From IMG/VR virus record IMGVR_UViG_3300027969_000047: a stretch of 64,000 nt of DNA; one strand, 5' to 3'. Below are positions 31,584 to 40,901 of this stretch, in pieces (position 1 is the stretch's first letter; each line of letters starts with the position of its first letter). The notes beneath the pieces were generated by a model. The model had not been told where the DNA came from and made no database searches. It saw nothing but the letters and a program-made list of their open reading frames with translations. The DNA comes from a virus. A program made the position numbers and the translations under genes.

Positions 31584-32342
31584 TTATCTCAACTTTTTAA
31601 GCAGAGTGTCAGTTCCTACTGTTTCCATGATAAACTTTCCACATGGGTCTTTTGCAATTGCACCAATGGCCATTGCAAGAGCCGCAGACTTTAACTGTTC
31701 AATAGAGTTTTCAATAAATTTAGAGTCTTTGTCCATAATAGTATTTACAATTGCGGCAATACCCACAACAGTTGCTGTGATATCTGCAATAGTAGCAATA
31801 CCCTTATCAATTTGGTTCACTATTTCTGCAATATCATTTGCAGCCGAATCGATATCATCACCGGAGAAAAGACCAGTCATACCACCAATGATGTTGAGAC
31901 ATCCTTTAGCACCATCAATGACATTGACCATATCGTTCATCGATTTACCAATGCTTAAAACTTGTTCAAGACCTGGCGCACTTATACCTGCACCTTTAAG
32001 TGTTCCAGACAATCTGTTTGTATGTCCTAAGAAATTGCTCATTGAGGTTTTTAAATTACCTATTCCACCACCAGCCAAATATGTTGTCGCATCACCTGCA
32101 CTTATTTTTGGATGTGTTATAGCGCCTGTTGAAATTGCAGTCAATTTTGTTTCTAAAGAACCAACTTGACTAGTCACACCACCAATCGCATTTGTCATGG
32201 GGTTACTAAACATCGCCGCACGATTTCCTGTGACTGAACTAATCAAATCTTTTGATTGTGCAGTGAGACCAGAGATTGGTGGTGCACCCTCAGGAAGATT
32301 TGGTATCTTAGGAAGCAAACTTGTATCTAAACTAAAAGCCAT
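31584..32342 (-). CDS. Hypothetical baseplate-region protein
   Basis: Intact 252-aa ORF between PAAR and gp25. Confidence 0.6.
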   Translation of the reverse strand: MAFSLDTSLLPKIPNLPEGAPPISGLTAQSKDLISSVTGNRAAMFSNPMTNAIGGVTSQVGSLETKLTAISTGAITHPKISAGDATTYLAGGGIGNLKTSMSNFLGHTNRLSGTLKGAGISAPGLEQVLSIGKSMNDMVNVIDGAKGCLNIIGGMTGLFSGDDIDSAANDIAEIVNQIDKGIATIADITATVVGIAAIVNTIMDKDSKFIENSIEQLKSAALAMAIGAIAKDPCGKFIMETVGTDTLLKKLR

Positions 32343-32345
32343 GAA

Positions 32346-32630
32346 TTACCCCGAAAAAACATTAGGTGAACCTGTCACCATTGTTGAACCACAATCAATT
32401 GCATCACCAATTCTACAAAGAGGAATACCATTAGCAAAAACTGTAGGAGAACCTGTAATTGCACTTCCTGTATGACTTGATGCGCCGCTGTGTATATCCC
32501 AAGCATCACCCATTCTGTGTGCAGGTATACCATTGACAAAAACATTCGTTGAACCACTCACGCTTGGGCGAGGCGAATAGTTGTCATGCCCTGAACAGCT
32601 ATCACCTAATCTAACTACAGGCATTGACAT
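32346..32630 (-). CDS. gp5.4: PAAR spike-tip protein gp5.4
   Basis: RLGD...GH; GS.NVFVNG.PAHR.GD; RIGD.IDCG. Confidence 0.9.
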   Translation of the reverse strand: MSMPVVRLGDSCSGHDNYSPRPSVSGSTNVFVNGIPAHRMGDAWDIHSGASSHTGSAITGSPTVFANGIPLCRIGDAIDCGSTMVTGSPNVFSG

Positions 32631-34771
32631 TATCGTGTAGTTGTAAATGCATCGGCAGCCAATTTGGTTGCGATAGGTTTATCGAATTCTGGAGAAACTG
32701 TCCAATTTCTACCAATGTAATCTACTGTCAATGTATTAGGATCATCGAAAAGAAAATTAGATAGCTTCAATGTATTTCCTTGATTACCGCCAAGAACTCT
32801 AATGCGTCTTGTTGTTGGATCATAACCACGATAAAATCCTACATGCCCTTGTCCAGGTTTCGAGTTAGATTTAAAAACAACTATATCATTAAATCTCCAT
32901 AAACTAGGATCGTTGAGAGGTACAGAAGTTCCATATCCTTTGTATGCTCTTGAAGATAATGTTGCTATGGCAGGAAGACAATTTGTTTTTAATGCATAAC
33001 CGGCAAAACCAGCACACCATGCCGTCTGGTCTGATGAATCAGTTTTCTGTCCCACTGAACGATAGCAAGCCATAATTTTAGGATTTCCTGGTCGACCTGG
33101 ACCATTTTCAAGCCAACCACCAGCTTGCAATTCTCCATCAAGCCACGCACACAATCTTTTGTATTTTTCTTTAGGACTTTCACCAACAGCACAATCTGCT
33201 GGTGGAGTTGTCTCTTTCGGTTTGACAGGAATTTCTTTTCCTTCAGGAGTAGTCTTAGTTTCGGGAGGAACCGTACCAACACCTGCCAATTGTGGCGGAA
33301 CATTTTTATCTTTTCTATTTTCTTCTATTCCTTTTTTCTGATTGTCAGTCAGTTCTCTTTGAACGGGCTCATCGGTGCGTTCAGCAATTTTAAATGTTTT
33401 TGGGTCAACATTATCTCTACCACTTCCTGGATTCAATTGTAATGTCGAACCTTGAATAGTTGTTGTTGAATCAGAATAAAATTTAGATTCACCTTTTGCT
33501 TCCATTTTCAAAGTACCAGAAACATTAAAGTTAGCATCACCACCAACTTCAAGACAAAAGTTTCCCTTTGTCTTCATGTGAATACTTTTTTCAGCAGTGA
33601 CATTACAATCACCAGCAACATAGATGTTGAAATCTCCCATTGATAAGTGATAGCTGGTTTTATTTGACTTCACAACAACATCACCATCAGGATGCATTTC
33701 AATAAATGTGCCTGCTCTATGATAGATGTGAACTCTTTCAGCGCCCGGAGTATCATCTAATTCAAATACATGCCCAGACTTAGTTTCCATAACCATGTTA
33801 TGTGGAAATTTTGCATTGTATTTTGTTGGTGGTTCTGAAAACGATCCACCACATGCAACAGGCACACTTTGAATCACAGCGTCCTTTTTAGGACCAACAA
33901 TCCCTGGACCACGACCGCCTGCGCCACCGGCTGGTCCACCACTAGTAACATAGTTACGAGCCAAACGAGAATTTGTTGGTTCATTCAATCTCTTTGGGCT
34001 TGGATTTGGTTCAGCCGCATCAGCTTCTTTTATTTCAACAATTGTTTCTGGTGGGTCAAATATTGTATCTGGTGTATTTGCAGTGTTCGCTTCAGCTTCA
34101 TCTGCTGGAAGAGGATTCTTCTCAAAGAAATAGTTGAAAAGTTCATCTATTAATGCAAGACTTGATGTACCAGAAACACCACCAACAGTACCATAAAACG
34201 AATCTGTTTCTTTTACTTTTGCGGCTGCCAAAGGAACAAAAGTCTTATTTAACATTGCCGATGCATAATTAGGCACCGAACTTTTTAGAATCAATGCCGC
34301 TACTGTTGCACTGACATTTGGATTTGTTTTTAGACTATCAGGATTGTTGACGATATCAATATTGATATTATTGACTTTAGCTAACTTCTGATATTTAATA
34401 CGGTCTTCAAGTGTGGTGATTGGTAACATACCACCAGCATTTGAATCCCAATTTGTTACTGCACCTACAATAGCAATCAATGCTGTCTTAGCAACTTTAC
34501 TAGTTAAACCAACATCATCAGATGCATTGATAAGTGCAGTAATATTTGTTGGTGCTAAAACTGATTGTTTTGAGTTTGATGGAGGAACTCTCGGAATACT
34601 TTCGTTGATTCTCTGAATAGTATTATCGACAGTGATTGTAATATTTGCAATCAATGGATTACCAAAACCATCATAAACTATTTCGCCACAATGGTCTCTC
34701 AAAAATCCTGTAGTATTCGAGGTCGGCGCTGTATTAGCAACGATTGTGTATGGTTGAAAAAGAGTTGCCAT
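32630..34771 (-). CDS. gp5-like spike, C-terminal part: beta-helix plus TIGR02594/NlpC-P60-like hydrolase
   Basis: SRLARN; ETKSGHVFELDDTPGAER.HIYH..GT..E.HPDG (gp5); TAWCAGF...GHVGF...LGGNQ (Cys-His hydrolase). Confidence 0.8.
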   Translation of the reverse strand: MATLFQPYTIVANTAPTSNTTGFLRDHCGEIVYDGFGNPLIANITITVDNTIQRINESIPRVPPSNSKQSVLAPTNITALINASDDVGLTSKVAKTALIAIVGAVTNWDSNAGGMLPITTLEDRIKYQKLAKVNNINIDIVNNPDSLKTNPNVSATVAALILKSSVPNYASAMLNKTFVPLAAAKVKETDSFYGTVGGVSGTSSLALIDELFNYFFEKNPLPADEAEANTANTPDTIFDPPETIVEIKEADAAEPNPSPKRLNEPTNSRLARNYVTSGGPAGGAGGRGPGIVGPKKDAVIQSVPVACGGSFSEPPTKYNAKFPHNMVMETKSGHVFELDDTPGAERVHIYHRAGTFIEMHPDGDVVVKSNKTSYHLSMGDFNIYVAGDCNVTAEKSIHMKTKGNFCLEVGGDANFNVSGTLKMEAKGESKFYSDSTTTIQGSTLQLNPGSGRDNVDPKTFKIAERTDEPVQRELTDNQKKGIEENRKDKNVPPQLAGVGTVPPETKTTPEGKEIPVKPKETTPPADCAVGESPKEKYKRLCAWLDGELQAGGWLENGPGRPGNPKIMACYRSVGQKTDSSDQTAWCAGFAGYALKTNCLPAIATLSSRAYKGYGTSVPLNDPSLWRFNDIVVFKSNSKPGQGHVGFYRGYDPTTRRIRVLGGNQGNTLKLSNFLFDDPNTLTVDYIGRNWTVSPEFDKPIATKLAADAFTTTR

Positions 34772-34773
34772 TA

Positions 34774-35154
34774 TTATTTTGCTGTTGTCTGTGATTTAAT
34801 AATTTCACTAGGAGGTCTAGGTCTTCCTGCTAATTTAGCTGGCGTTCTTGGGTCGTTGAAACCCTTACTTGAGTTTGCTGGTTGCTGAGGAATACCAGGA
34901 ACAATACCAAGCATCATTGGGTATTGTGCGTCCTCACCATCTGCGAAGAAACCAAAAACCATATCACCCTCTTCAGCCCTGTTGTATGGACCCCAATCTA
35001 ATGAATGTATTGGATGTGCCCATGGCAAATCTGCTGTAGGAACTTCTGTTTTTTCAGCCGAGTGATATCCTGCTACACGAACTCGGCAACGAAATAGTTG
35101 CAATGGGTCTTCGATATCTTCAACGACACCGAACCAAAATTTAATATCTTTCAT
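34774..35154 (-). CDS. gp5 N-terminal OB-fold domain as a separate ORF
   Basis: FWFGVVED..DP....RCRVR..G.H...LPWA...GFF.DG..AQ.P...G...GFNDP. Confidence 0.85.
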   Translation of the reverse strand: MKDIKFWFGVVEDIEDPLQLFRCRVRVAGYHSAEKTEVPTADLPWAHPIHSLDWGPYNRAEEGDMVFGFFADGEDAQYPMMLGIVPGIPQQPANSSKGFNDPRTPAKLAGRPRPPSEIIKSQTTAK

Positions 35155-36434
35155 TATTCAGGTTTCTTTTTCAAAGAGTCTTTCACTAATTCAATAACAC
35201 AAACATGACTATCACGCTTCATTAAATGTCTCACAGCAGTAATTAAATAATTTCCAGAATTTAAAATATCATCTGATTTTTTGATTGGTGCATCATTCAA
35301 TGAAATCTCAGGTGCCGTAAATTCAACAACAGCACCTGCTTTATATTCCATACTTCCAGGAACTGTTAATGATAATCTCTGCATATTTAACCCACCTAAA
35401 AACATGGGTCTTTGCAGATACCACTTCTCAATATCATTAGGTTTTGGTCCTGGTCCATATGTTATCTTATCACAATCTTTTGTAGAGAGTTGTAATGACT
35501 GAACACTTCTAGGTGAAATAGATGGACCATTAAATGTGTTACTGTGAGGATTTACTTTATTCAAATGTTTTGTGCTATCAAAAAAACTATTTGCCTCTAA
35601 ATTAGTTTCTGCAATTACTTGCGTCAATGGATTGACTGTCACTAATGTTGAACCTGCATAACCATTTGACACTAAATTTAAAATATCAAATGAATTTGAA
35701 AAAACATAATTTTCTCCACCATCTGATTGTTCTTGCGCTAAACTTGGTTTTGCTTTTGGCGCTTCCATTGGTTCAGCAATTTTCTTAACTGTGGCATGTA
35801 GCTTTCGCACAGGTGGTTTTTTAACCAAAGTTTCGAGTGAGAAGAAATTGAATCCATCAAAATTTTCAAAGAACAAATAAGTTGAGCCTGCACTGAGCGG
35901 AGATATTGCTCTTCTTGACAACCAGTTGATTGCTTTAAATGGCGTCATAAACGGAACTATTATATCATAAATTCCTGCTGTAGGTTCAATATTTTTTATT
36001 ACTGCCCCAAGTCGTTTTGTGCCAATATCATTAATCATATCACTTATTTTTTTGCCACTATATGATTTGGAAAACATCTCAGTCTTAAACATATGGTCGC
36101 CACAAAAATAGAGAGTATAATTTTCGTTAGTATCTTTCTCTTTTTTTCTGTCACCCATTTTATAAATGCGATATGTTTTTTTGTATGTTAATTTGTGAGA
36201 AGGTTTTGTAAATGAAATTGAAATAGATTCATAACCAGCAAGAGGCAATTTATTGATTATGTTATTGCTGTCACTTAACATGATACTACCAGTCAATACA
36301 TTATTGTAGATATCTTCATATATGTTCAACTCAAATAGAATACCTCTCACATCAAGTTTACGACCATTACCAGATATCAAAACACATTCATTCAATTCAA
36401 AATCGTATGAATTGATTATACCTTCATTTGACAT
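35154..36434 (-). CDS. Baseplate hub protein (gp27-like)
   Basis: IYEDI...G.I...DS; YLFFENFDGFNF.SL; SGNYLITAVRH; synteny next to gp5. Confidence 0.65.
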   Translation of the reverse strand: MSNEGIINSYDFELNECVLISGNGRKLDVRGILFELNIYEDIYNNVLTGSIMLSDSNNIINKLPLAGYESISISFTKPSHKLTYKKTYRIYKMGDRKKEKDTNENYTLYFCGDHMFKTEMFSKSYSGKKISDMINDIGTKRLGAVIKNIEPTAGIYDIIVPFMTPFKAINWLSRRAISPLSAGSTYLFFENFDGFNFFSLETLVKKPPVRKLHATVKKIAEPMEAPKAKPSLAQEQSDGGENYVFSNSFDILNLVSNGYAGSTLVTVNPLTQVIAETNLEANSFFDSTKHLNKVNPHSNTFNGPSISPRSVQSLQLSTKDCDKITYGPGPKPNDIEKWYLQRPMFLGGLNMQRLSLTVPGSMEYKAGAVVEFTAPEISLNDAPIKKSDDILNSGNYLITAVRHLMKRDSHVCVIELVKDSLKKKPE

Positions 36435-36435
36435 A

Positions 36436-37089
36436 TTAATTATTTTCCAATAATTGTTCTAATTCTCTAACAATCTGACCAGTATATTCTTTCTTTAAAA
36501 GATAAATGGTTCGCTTCTCTTCATTTAGAGTTTCTTCATACTCATAATTATAAACAACATTTCTTGTTGTGGTTTGTGTTACCACAGGTCCACCAGATAA
36601 AGTTGCCTCAACAGGAACCATATTGACAAGAGTCGCATATTCAGTAGCATCACTTGGTAACACTGTTCGTGAAGAATCGCCAAATGTGGTAGTTGTAGTT
36701 ATGATTTTTTCATAATGATGAACTGTAGTTTTTGCTAACTCAATGCTACCATATTTTGATTTAATGAATCTTTGAAAACTGATATAGTCTTTAGGCCAAT
36801 CTAAAACTGGGTCTAGGATATTATTGAACAAAGTAACAAACCAATACAAGTCAGCAGAGCCATAAAGTTTGTGTGCAATTATTTCTGGTCTGTCACCGTC
36901 TTTAATTTGATACTTGTAAAAGATGTGAGTGTTTCTACGCAGAAAGTCACGGAAATCAATTCTCTGATTATCATAGTATAGAGTAACTCTGGTAAAGATG
37001 TTACTGACAACATCTATTGTCTGCTCTTTTTGGTTTTGATTTAAATTGTAACCAAGTAGGGGAAATTTTTCGAAATATGCAATTGCCAT
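36436..37089 (-). CDS. gp53: Baseplate wedge subunit gp53
   Basis: YF.KFP; Y.IKDGDRPE.IA.KLYG....W.....N.I.DP..DWP; N.YEYE...NE.KR.I. Confidence 0.85.
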   Translation of the reverse strand: MAIAYFEKFPLLGYNLNQNQKEQTIDVVSNIFTRVTLYYDNQRIDFRDFLRRNTHIFYKYQIKDGDRPEIIAHKLYGSADLYWFVTLFNNILDPVLDWPKDYISFQRFIKSKYGSIELAKTTVHHYEKIITTTTTFGDSSRTVLPSDATEYATLVNMVPVEATLSGGPVVTQTTTRNVVYNYEYEETLNEEKRTIYLLKKEYTGQIVRELEQLLENN

Positions 37090-38129
37090 TAGAATCCCTC
37101 TTTAACTCTTTCTTTGGTAATGAATTCCAATTCTTTGAATGATAATTGTATGCGAATATAAGTTGGCATACCATCCTTGAATGTTGTATAACCATTAGGT
37201 GCATAATCTACATTCAGTCTATCTAAAACACAACTAGCAATTCTTCCTAATTTATCATTTCTTCCACCACCAAATAAGAAACTAATATCAAAGGTAGCTG
37301 GTGGCACAAAGTATCTGCCGCTGTATCCACCTAAGATTTCTGGTGCTGAATGAAACTTTAATGCACCAATAATGTCGATAACATTTTTTGCTTCAGCCGA
37401 TGACTTTGGGGCAAAGGTAAAGTCGAATTGAAATGTTCTTAACTTCGGTGACACATACAAAACTTCAATTTGCGGATTCACTGCATAACCAGTAATACCC
37501 ATTGCAATTTGTGTTTTAGCACCACCACCCAATGCAGTGCCTGCGGCTTCGGCAGCCGCTGGACCTAGATTTGATAAGACACCAGCTTTCTGTCCATTCT
37601 GTACACCATCTGTTTTCGAAAAGGCACCAGTCACACCTTGCGCCGCTTGAAGAGCAACACCAAGGGCTTCTGTCAAACTTTGGTCAGAGTATTCTTGAGA
37701 GAAATCCCATGTCATTGTATCTGGCATATACAATCGTATTGTCTGTGCTATTCTATTTGTTTTTTGACCTAAACTTAAAGCGGCCGCCGAACCTTCAACC
37801 TTCTCACCATCACCACCATTGTTAACAGGTTTGGCTCCTGCTTCTCCGCCACCGCCACCTACTTGAACTTGACCAGTAACATTTCTTCCTGCCGCAGTGT
37901 CTGCCTTTTGATTTTGTGCTGTTACGCCACCACCGCCCGTATATGCAGTTCCTGCACCAGATGTAAATCTAGACTTTCCTTGAATGTTAATGTTGATTTG
38001 AAAAACATGAGGATATCTTCCGTTACCTAAATCGGCAGGATATGACATGCTCTGAAAAGCAAAAGGTTGTGCTTCTGTCGGCGCAGCCGGTCCAGCCGCT
38101 ACAGTTCCTACATTTGGTTCGACTGCCAT
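37089..38129 (-). CDS. gp48: Baseplate tail-tube cap gp48-like
   Basis: I.LYMP; NPQ.EVLY..P.LR.F.F.F...PKS..EA; VDYAPNG...DG.P....LSFKELE. Confidence 0.75.
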   Translation of the reverse strand: MAVEPNVGTVAAGPAAPTEAQPFAFQSMSYPADLGNGRYPHVFQININIQGKSRFTSGAGTAYTGGGGVTAQNQKADTAAGRNVTGQVQVGGGGGEAGAKPVNNGGDGEKVEGSAAALSLGQKTNRIAQTIRLYMPDTMTWDFSQEYSDQSLTEALGVALQAAQGVTGAFSKTDGVQNGQKAGVLSNLGPAAAEAAGTALGGGAKTQIAMGITGYAVNPQIEVLYVSPKLRTFQFDFTFAPKSSAEAKNVIDIIGALKFHSAPEILGGYSGRYFVPPATFDISFLFGGGRNDKLGRIASCVLDRLNVDYAPNGYTTFKDGMPTYIRIQLSFKELEFITKERVKEGF

Positions 38130-38172
38130 TTTTGTGTTCTATTAGTAGATATATAAAAGATGAATGATAAAC

Positions 38173-38180
38173 TATTTATA
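38173..38180 (-). promoter_or_regulatory. T4 late promoter TATAAATA for the leftward baseplate operon
   Basis: Exact consensus overlapping the gp4 start. Confidence 0.7.
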
Positions 38181-38611
38181 TGGCATACAGAGGCAGATTC
38201 TACCCAAAACATCCTTTAAAATATAAAGGTGATCCAAACAAAATCATATATCGTTCTTCATGGGAAGTTCGAGTGATGAAGTATTTGGATGAGAATGATG
38301 GTGTTGTCTGGTGGGCAAGTGAGGAAATGAATGTCAAATACATCTCACCTGTTGATGGTCGTGTGCATAGATACTTTCCTGACTTTGTTGTTAAGGTAAG
38401 AAGAAAAGATAACTCTTCTACAATCTTCATGCTTGAAGTTAAACCTGAAGCACAGACTAAGTTAAGACAGCCTAAAAGAGTCACTAAGCAATACATTAAT
38501 GAAGCGGCAACATACGCTGTTAATCAAGCTAAGTGGAAATATGCTGAAGAGTTCTGTAAAGACCATGGATGGGTATTCAGAGTGGTAACAGAGAAGGACT
38601 TAGGAATCTAA
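38180..38611 (+). CDS. gp4: Head completion nuclease gp4
   Basis: KYKGDP..IIYRSSWE...WASEE...HRYFPDF...EVKP...N.AKW. Confidence 0.9.
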   Translation: MAYRGRFYPKHPLKYKGDPNKIIYRSSWEVRVMKYLDENDGVVWWASEEMNVKYISPVDGRVHRYFPDFVVKVRRKDNSSTIFMLEVKPEAQTKLRQPKRVTKQYINEAATYAVNQAKWKYAEEFCKDHGWVFRVVTEKDLGI

Positions 38612-38696
38612 TTAACTTCAAACCGGACACAGTTACTTATAAGATGGGTATCAGTCAGACCAGGCAATGATGTTATCAATGTGGTTACAATGTGAG

Positions 38697-38704
38697 TATA
38701 AATA
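38697..38704 (+). promoter_or_regulatory. T4 late promoter TATAAATA
   Basis: Exact consensus 5 nt before the gp2 ATG. Confidence 0.75.
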
Positions 38705-38709
38705 GTCTT

Positions 38710-39288
38710 ATGGCATATCTAATTGACAGAATCAATCAACAACTAGCAAAAGAGGGTATCAAGCCAAGAACTGATGCCGCTCGGGCATGGCTACGCCAAG
38801 AGGTCGCTAATCTGAATCCTAGTCGTTCAGCAATGATGCGTGACCGTGAAAAGTTGCGTAATAGAACAATGATTGGTCGAATGTACTTTTATTTTTACGA
38901 CCCTAAACATAAAGCAACATTACCCTACTACGATAGATTTCCTCTTGTTCTGCCAGTCGAAAGATATCCAGATGGATTCTTGGGTTTGAATCTTCATTAC
39001 ATTCACCCAAAACAACGAATCATTTTACTTGACAAATTGAGTGACTTTGCCACAAATTCAAAATACGATGAGACTACTAGATTAAGATTATCCTATGCCG
39101 TATTGGCAAGTGCAACAAAAGCATTTGAAGCCACACCGTGCATTAAGAGATATTTGTTCAGTCATGTTGAAAGTAGATTTTTAGAAATCACAGCAGACAA
39201 ATGGGATATTGCCGCTCTATTACCATTTGAACACTTTGTTGGCGCAAGCAAAAGTAAAGTGTTCAGAGACTCAAGGACAAAATTTTAA
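38710..39288 (+). CDS. gp2: DNA end protector protein gp2
   Basis: G.MYF..YDPK.K..LPYYD.FPLV...GF.GLNLHY...CIKRYL. Confidence 0.9.
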   Translation: MAYLIDRINQQLAKEGIKPRTDAARAWLRQEVANLNPSRSAMMRDREKLRNRTMIGRMYFYFYDPKHKATLPYYDRFPLVLPVERYPDGFLGLNLHYIHPKQRIILLDKLSDFATNSKYDETTRLRLSYAVLASATKAFEATPCIKRYLFSHVESRFLEITADKWDIAALLPFEHFVGASKSKVFRDSRTKF

Positions 39289-39959
39289 TGTTAAATAATT
39301 TCATATCAAGCATAAACAAAAACGGCATATCAAAAGCAAGTCATTTTGATATTTGTATGCATGTGCCACGAAACATTGCAATTGGTGGTGGGCAAGGTCA
39401 ATCATCACTTCCAATTGAAGGCACGAACAGAATGATTTCAATGCGATGTGAATCTGCTGATTTGCCTGGAAGACAGATGGTCACCATTGATAACAAAATT
39501 TATGGTCCAATTTACAAGACTGCTTATCAAACACTATTCAGCGATTTGAATTTGACTTTCATAGAAACCAAAGACATGGACTTTAGATATTCGTTTGAGA
39601 GATGGATGGAATATATTCAACCAACTGATATAGATAACAATGTGGAATATTTCAATAACTATAAAGCAGAAATATTCATTTATCAATATGACCAAATTGA
39701 TGATGGGTCTGGAAGAAGATACAAGAAATCGTTAACATATCAAATTTACGATGCCTTCCCAATAAATGTAAATCAATTAACTGGTGCTTGGACTGATGAC
39801 GGGTTTCATAAATTGCAGGTGACCTTTGCATACCAGAGACACACAATAGTACAAGCAAAACTACCAGGATTCACACAAAGACCAGCGGCGATGAATGATA
39901 TGGCATTAAACGCAACTTCGAGTTCAACCGGTGGTGTTAATCCGCAACTTAGAAGATAA
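39288..39959 (+). CDS. Tail tube initiator gp54-like
   Basis: CESA.LPGR; FE.W...I; YFNNY; AFP.....L..W; L.VTFAY. Confidence 0.7.
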   Translation: MLNNFISSINKNGISKASHFDICMHVPRNIAIGGGQGQSSLPIEGTNRMISMRCESADLPGRQMVTIDNKIYGPIYKTAYQTLFSDLNLTFIETKDMDFRYSFERWMEYIQPTDIDNNVEYFNNYKAEIFIYQYDQIDDGSGRRYKKSLTYQIYDAFPINVNQLTGAWTDDGFHKLQVTFAYQRHTIVQAKLPGFTQRPAAMNDMALNATSSSTGGVNPQLRR

Positions 39960-39987
39960 TTAAACTGAAATGAGGAGACTTTAAACT

Positions 39988-40710
39988 ATGGCTTTACCAA
40001 AAATTGATGTGCCTATATTTGATATGACTTTGCCTTCAACAGGCAAGTCAATTAAGTATAGACCTTTTCTTGTAAAAGAAGAGAAAATATTATTGATTGC
40101 AATGCAGTCTGGAGAATCGAGTGCGATGATTGAGGCAGTAAAACAAATCATTAGTAACTGTGTTATTGATGATGTTGATGTTGATGAATTATCATTATTC
40201 GACATTGAATATTTGTTTCTAAATCTTCGTGCGAGGTCTATCGGAGAAAAAGTAGATTTGAGATATCGATGCAACAATATTGTTGATGATGCTAAGTGTA
40301 ATTTTGTTTCTGAATATCAAGTAGATTTGTTGACTATCAGACCAAAATTTACTGAGGGTCATACGAATAAAATTCAATTGACTGATAAGATTGGTGTATT
40401 ACTCACATATCCAAAATTCACAACATTCTCAAAAGCAACAAAACTACAAACAAATGATGAGAGTGCTTTTGATATTGTTCTTGATTCAATTGAAGCGGTC
40501 TATGATGATGAAGAAGTTTATTATGCAAAAGATACGAGCAAGCAAGAGATGAGAGAATTTCTTGATTCATTAGGCACAGAACATCTTATAAAACTTGAAC
40601 AGTTTTTTGATACTATGCCAAAAATAGAAGAACATGTTCATTTCAATTGCCCAAAATGTAACCATGAAGACGATATTATCGTCAAAGGTTTAGAAAGTTT
40701 TTTCGTTTAG
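39988..40710 (+). CDS. gp26: Baseplate hub subunit gp26
   Basis: MALPKI..P....LPSTG..IKYRPFLVKEEKILL; FDIEY.FL.LRARSIGE; FF.TMP. Confidence 0.9.
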   Translation: MALPKIDVPIFDMTLPSTGKSIKYRPFLVKEEKILLIAMQSGESSAMIEAVKQIISNCVIDDVDVDELSLFDIEYLFLNLRARSIGEKVDLRYRCNNIVDDAKCNFVSEYQVDLLTIRPKFTEGHTNKIQLTDKIGVLLTYPKFTTFSKATKLQTNDESAFDIVLDSIEAVYDDEEVYYAKDTSKQEMREFLDSLGTEHLIKLEQFFDTMPKIEEHVHFNCPKCNHEDDIIVKGLESFFV

Positions 40711-40901
40711 TGTTTGGTTATGATAATCTTCAAAACTATTTTATGGTAAATTTTGCTATGATGCAACACCACAAGTATAGTCTGACTGAGTTGGAAAATA
40801 TGTTACCTTGGGAGAGAGTAATATATGTCAGTTTACTGAGCCAACACATTCAAGAAGAGAATGAAAAAATTAAACAACTCAATGCACAAAGAAGACGATA
40901 A
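40710..40901 (+). CDS. gp51: Baseplate hub assembly protein gp51-like
   Basis: NF.MMQHHKYSLTELENM.PWER.IY. Confidence 0.85.
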   Translation: MFGYDNLQNYFMVNFAMMQHHKYSLTELENMLPWERVIYVSLLSQHIQEENEKIKQLNAQRRR

